Shown here in pieces: positions 61,716-62,241 of a stretch of DNA of 62,241 bases; positions within the stretch are counted from its first letter, which is position 1; every line of letters starts with the position of its first letter. The stretch covers positions 1 through 62,241 of the forward strand of contig JAADIO010000023.1 of the NCBI GenBank assembly GCA_013151235.1, read 5' to 3'. The translations under genes were made by a program, and so were the position numbers. The DNA comes from Deltaproteobacteria bacterium (GTDB taxonomy: Bacteria > CG2-30-53-67). The notes under the pieces were generated by a model that saw nothing but the letters and a program-made list of their open reading frames with translations, made no database searches and was not told the DNA's origin.

Positions 61716-62021
61716 TTATAGTTTTATTTCGACATCCACACCCGCGGAGAGATCCAGTTTCATCAAGGCATCCACTGTCTGGGGTGTCGGTTCCAGAATG
61801 TCAATCAGACGTTTGTGGGTCCGAATCTCGAACTGCTCACGCGATTTCTTGTCCACATGGGGAGAACGGAGTACGGTAAACTTCTCTTTCCGGGTGGGAA
61901 GAGGAATCGGACCGGAAACCCTTGCGCCCGTTCGTTTCGCCGTATCAACGATGTCCTCAACGGACTGGTCCAGCAAATGATGATCATAGGCTTTCAGCCT
62001 TATCCGAATCTTTTGATCCAC
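61716..62021 (-). CDS. rpsJ: 30S ribosomal protein S10
   Basis: [23 protein letters not shown]. Confidence 0.98.
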   Translation of the reverse strand: MDQKIRIRLKAYDHHLLDQSVEDIVDTAKRTGARVSGPIPLPTRKEKFTVLRSPHVDKKSREQFEIRTHKRLIDILEPTPQTVDALMKLDLSAGVDVEIKL

Positions 62022-62153
62022 CTTCCACTCCTATCCGCTACATTCTGCTTGTTTTCGATTCCGTCCCCTCCTGCCGGGCAGGAGAGCGTAAGAATGCGAT
62101 GTACGGCCGACCGGACCACGCCACCATTACCGAGGGGGGGGTCTGACCAACCT

Positions 62154-62241
62154 TTATTCGATAATTTCGCTGATGACGCCGGCACCGACGGTCCGTCCCC
62201 CTTCACGGATGGCGAAGCGAAGTTCCTTCTCCATCGCAATC
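62154..62241 (-). CDS. tuf: Elongation factor Tu, C-terminal end (truncated by window edge)
   Basis: Manual translation IAMEKELRFAIREGGRTVGAGVISEIIE*. Confidence 0.96.
   Translation of the reverse strand, partial: IAMEKELRFAIREGGRTVGAGVISEIIE

Noticed and set aside
46159..62021. Novelty in ribosomal cluster gene order or TTG/GTG starts
   Set aside because: Canonical S10-spc-alpha order with adk-map-infA-rpmJ; alternative starts and Zn-type S14/L36 are common.
62068..62084. Hairpin CTCCTGCC-G-GGCAGGAG between tuf and rpsJ as a terminator
   Set aside because: No U-tract follows on the coding strand, so function cannot be supported.

Overview
About 62 kb of mostly core chromosome from a moderately GC-rich Gram-negative bacterium. 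Gene order and proteins look deltaproteobacterial (Desulfobacterota-like); this is an inference. Left to right: (1) the end of an integrated element, with a tyrosine integrase C-terminus and att-like arm next to tRNA-Leu(GAG); (2) oppBC-type permeases and a chemoreceptor with almost no sensor domain; (3) a degP-sirC-bamD unit divergent from a long envelope operon: a large Ca-motif/beta-helix surface protein with a GGGC-TM-basic tail, bamA, skp, lpxD, fabZ, lpxA, a deoxyhypusine-synthase-like gene, hldE, a GnnA-like dehydrogenase, lpxB, msbA, a DUF374 acyltransferase, waaA, lpxK, gmhB, Trm112, waaF and a GT2; (4) a small beta-barrel gene; (5) leu/ilv genes interleaved with pssA, psd, cstA, a dac carboxypeptidase and pit, with a complete Leu(CUC) T-box riboswitch ahead of leuA; (6) the S10-spc-alpha ribosomal cluster and the 3' end of tuf. 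Intergenic gaps hold at least two miniature inverted-repeat element families, two copies with visible target duplications. The best candidates for something undescribed are the surface protein coupled to a BamA carrying a matching DxDGDG loop, and the deoxyhypusine-synthase-like gene lacking the catalytic Lys inside the lipid A/heptose operon. No database searches were run; all calls come from motif recognition and gene context.
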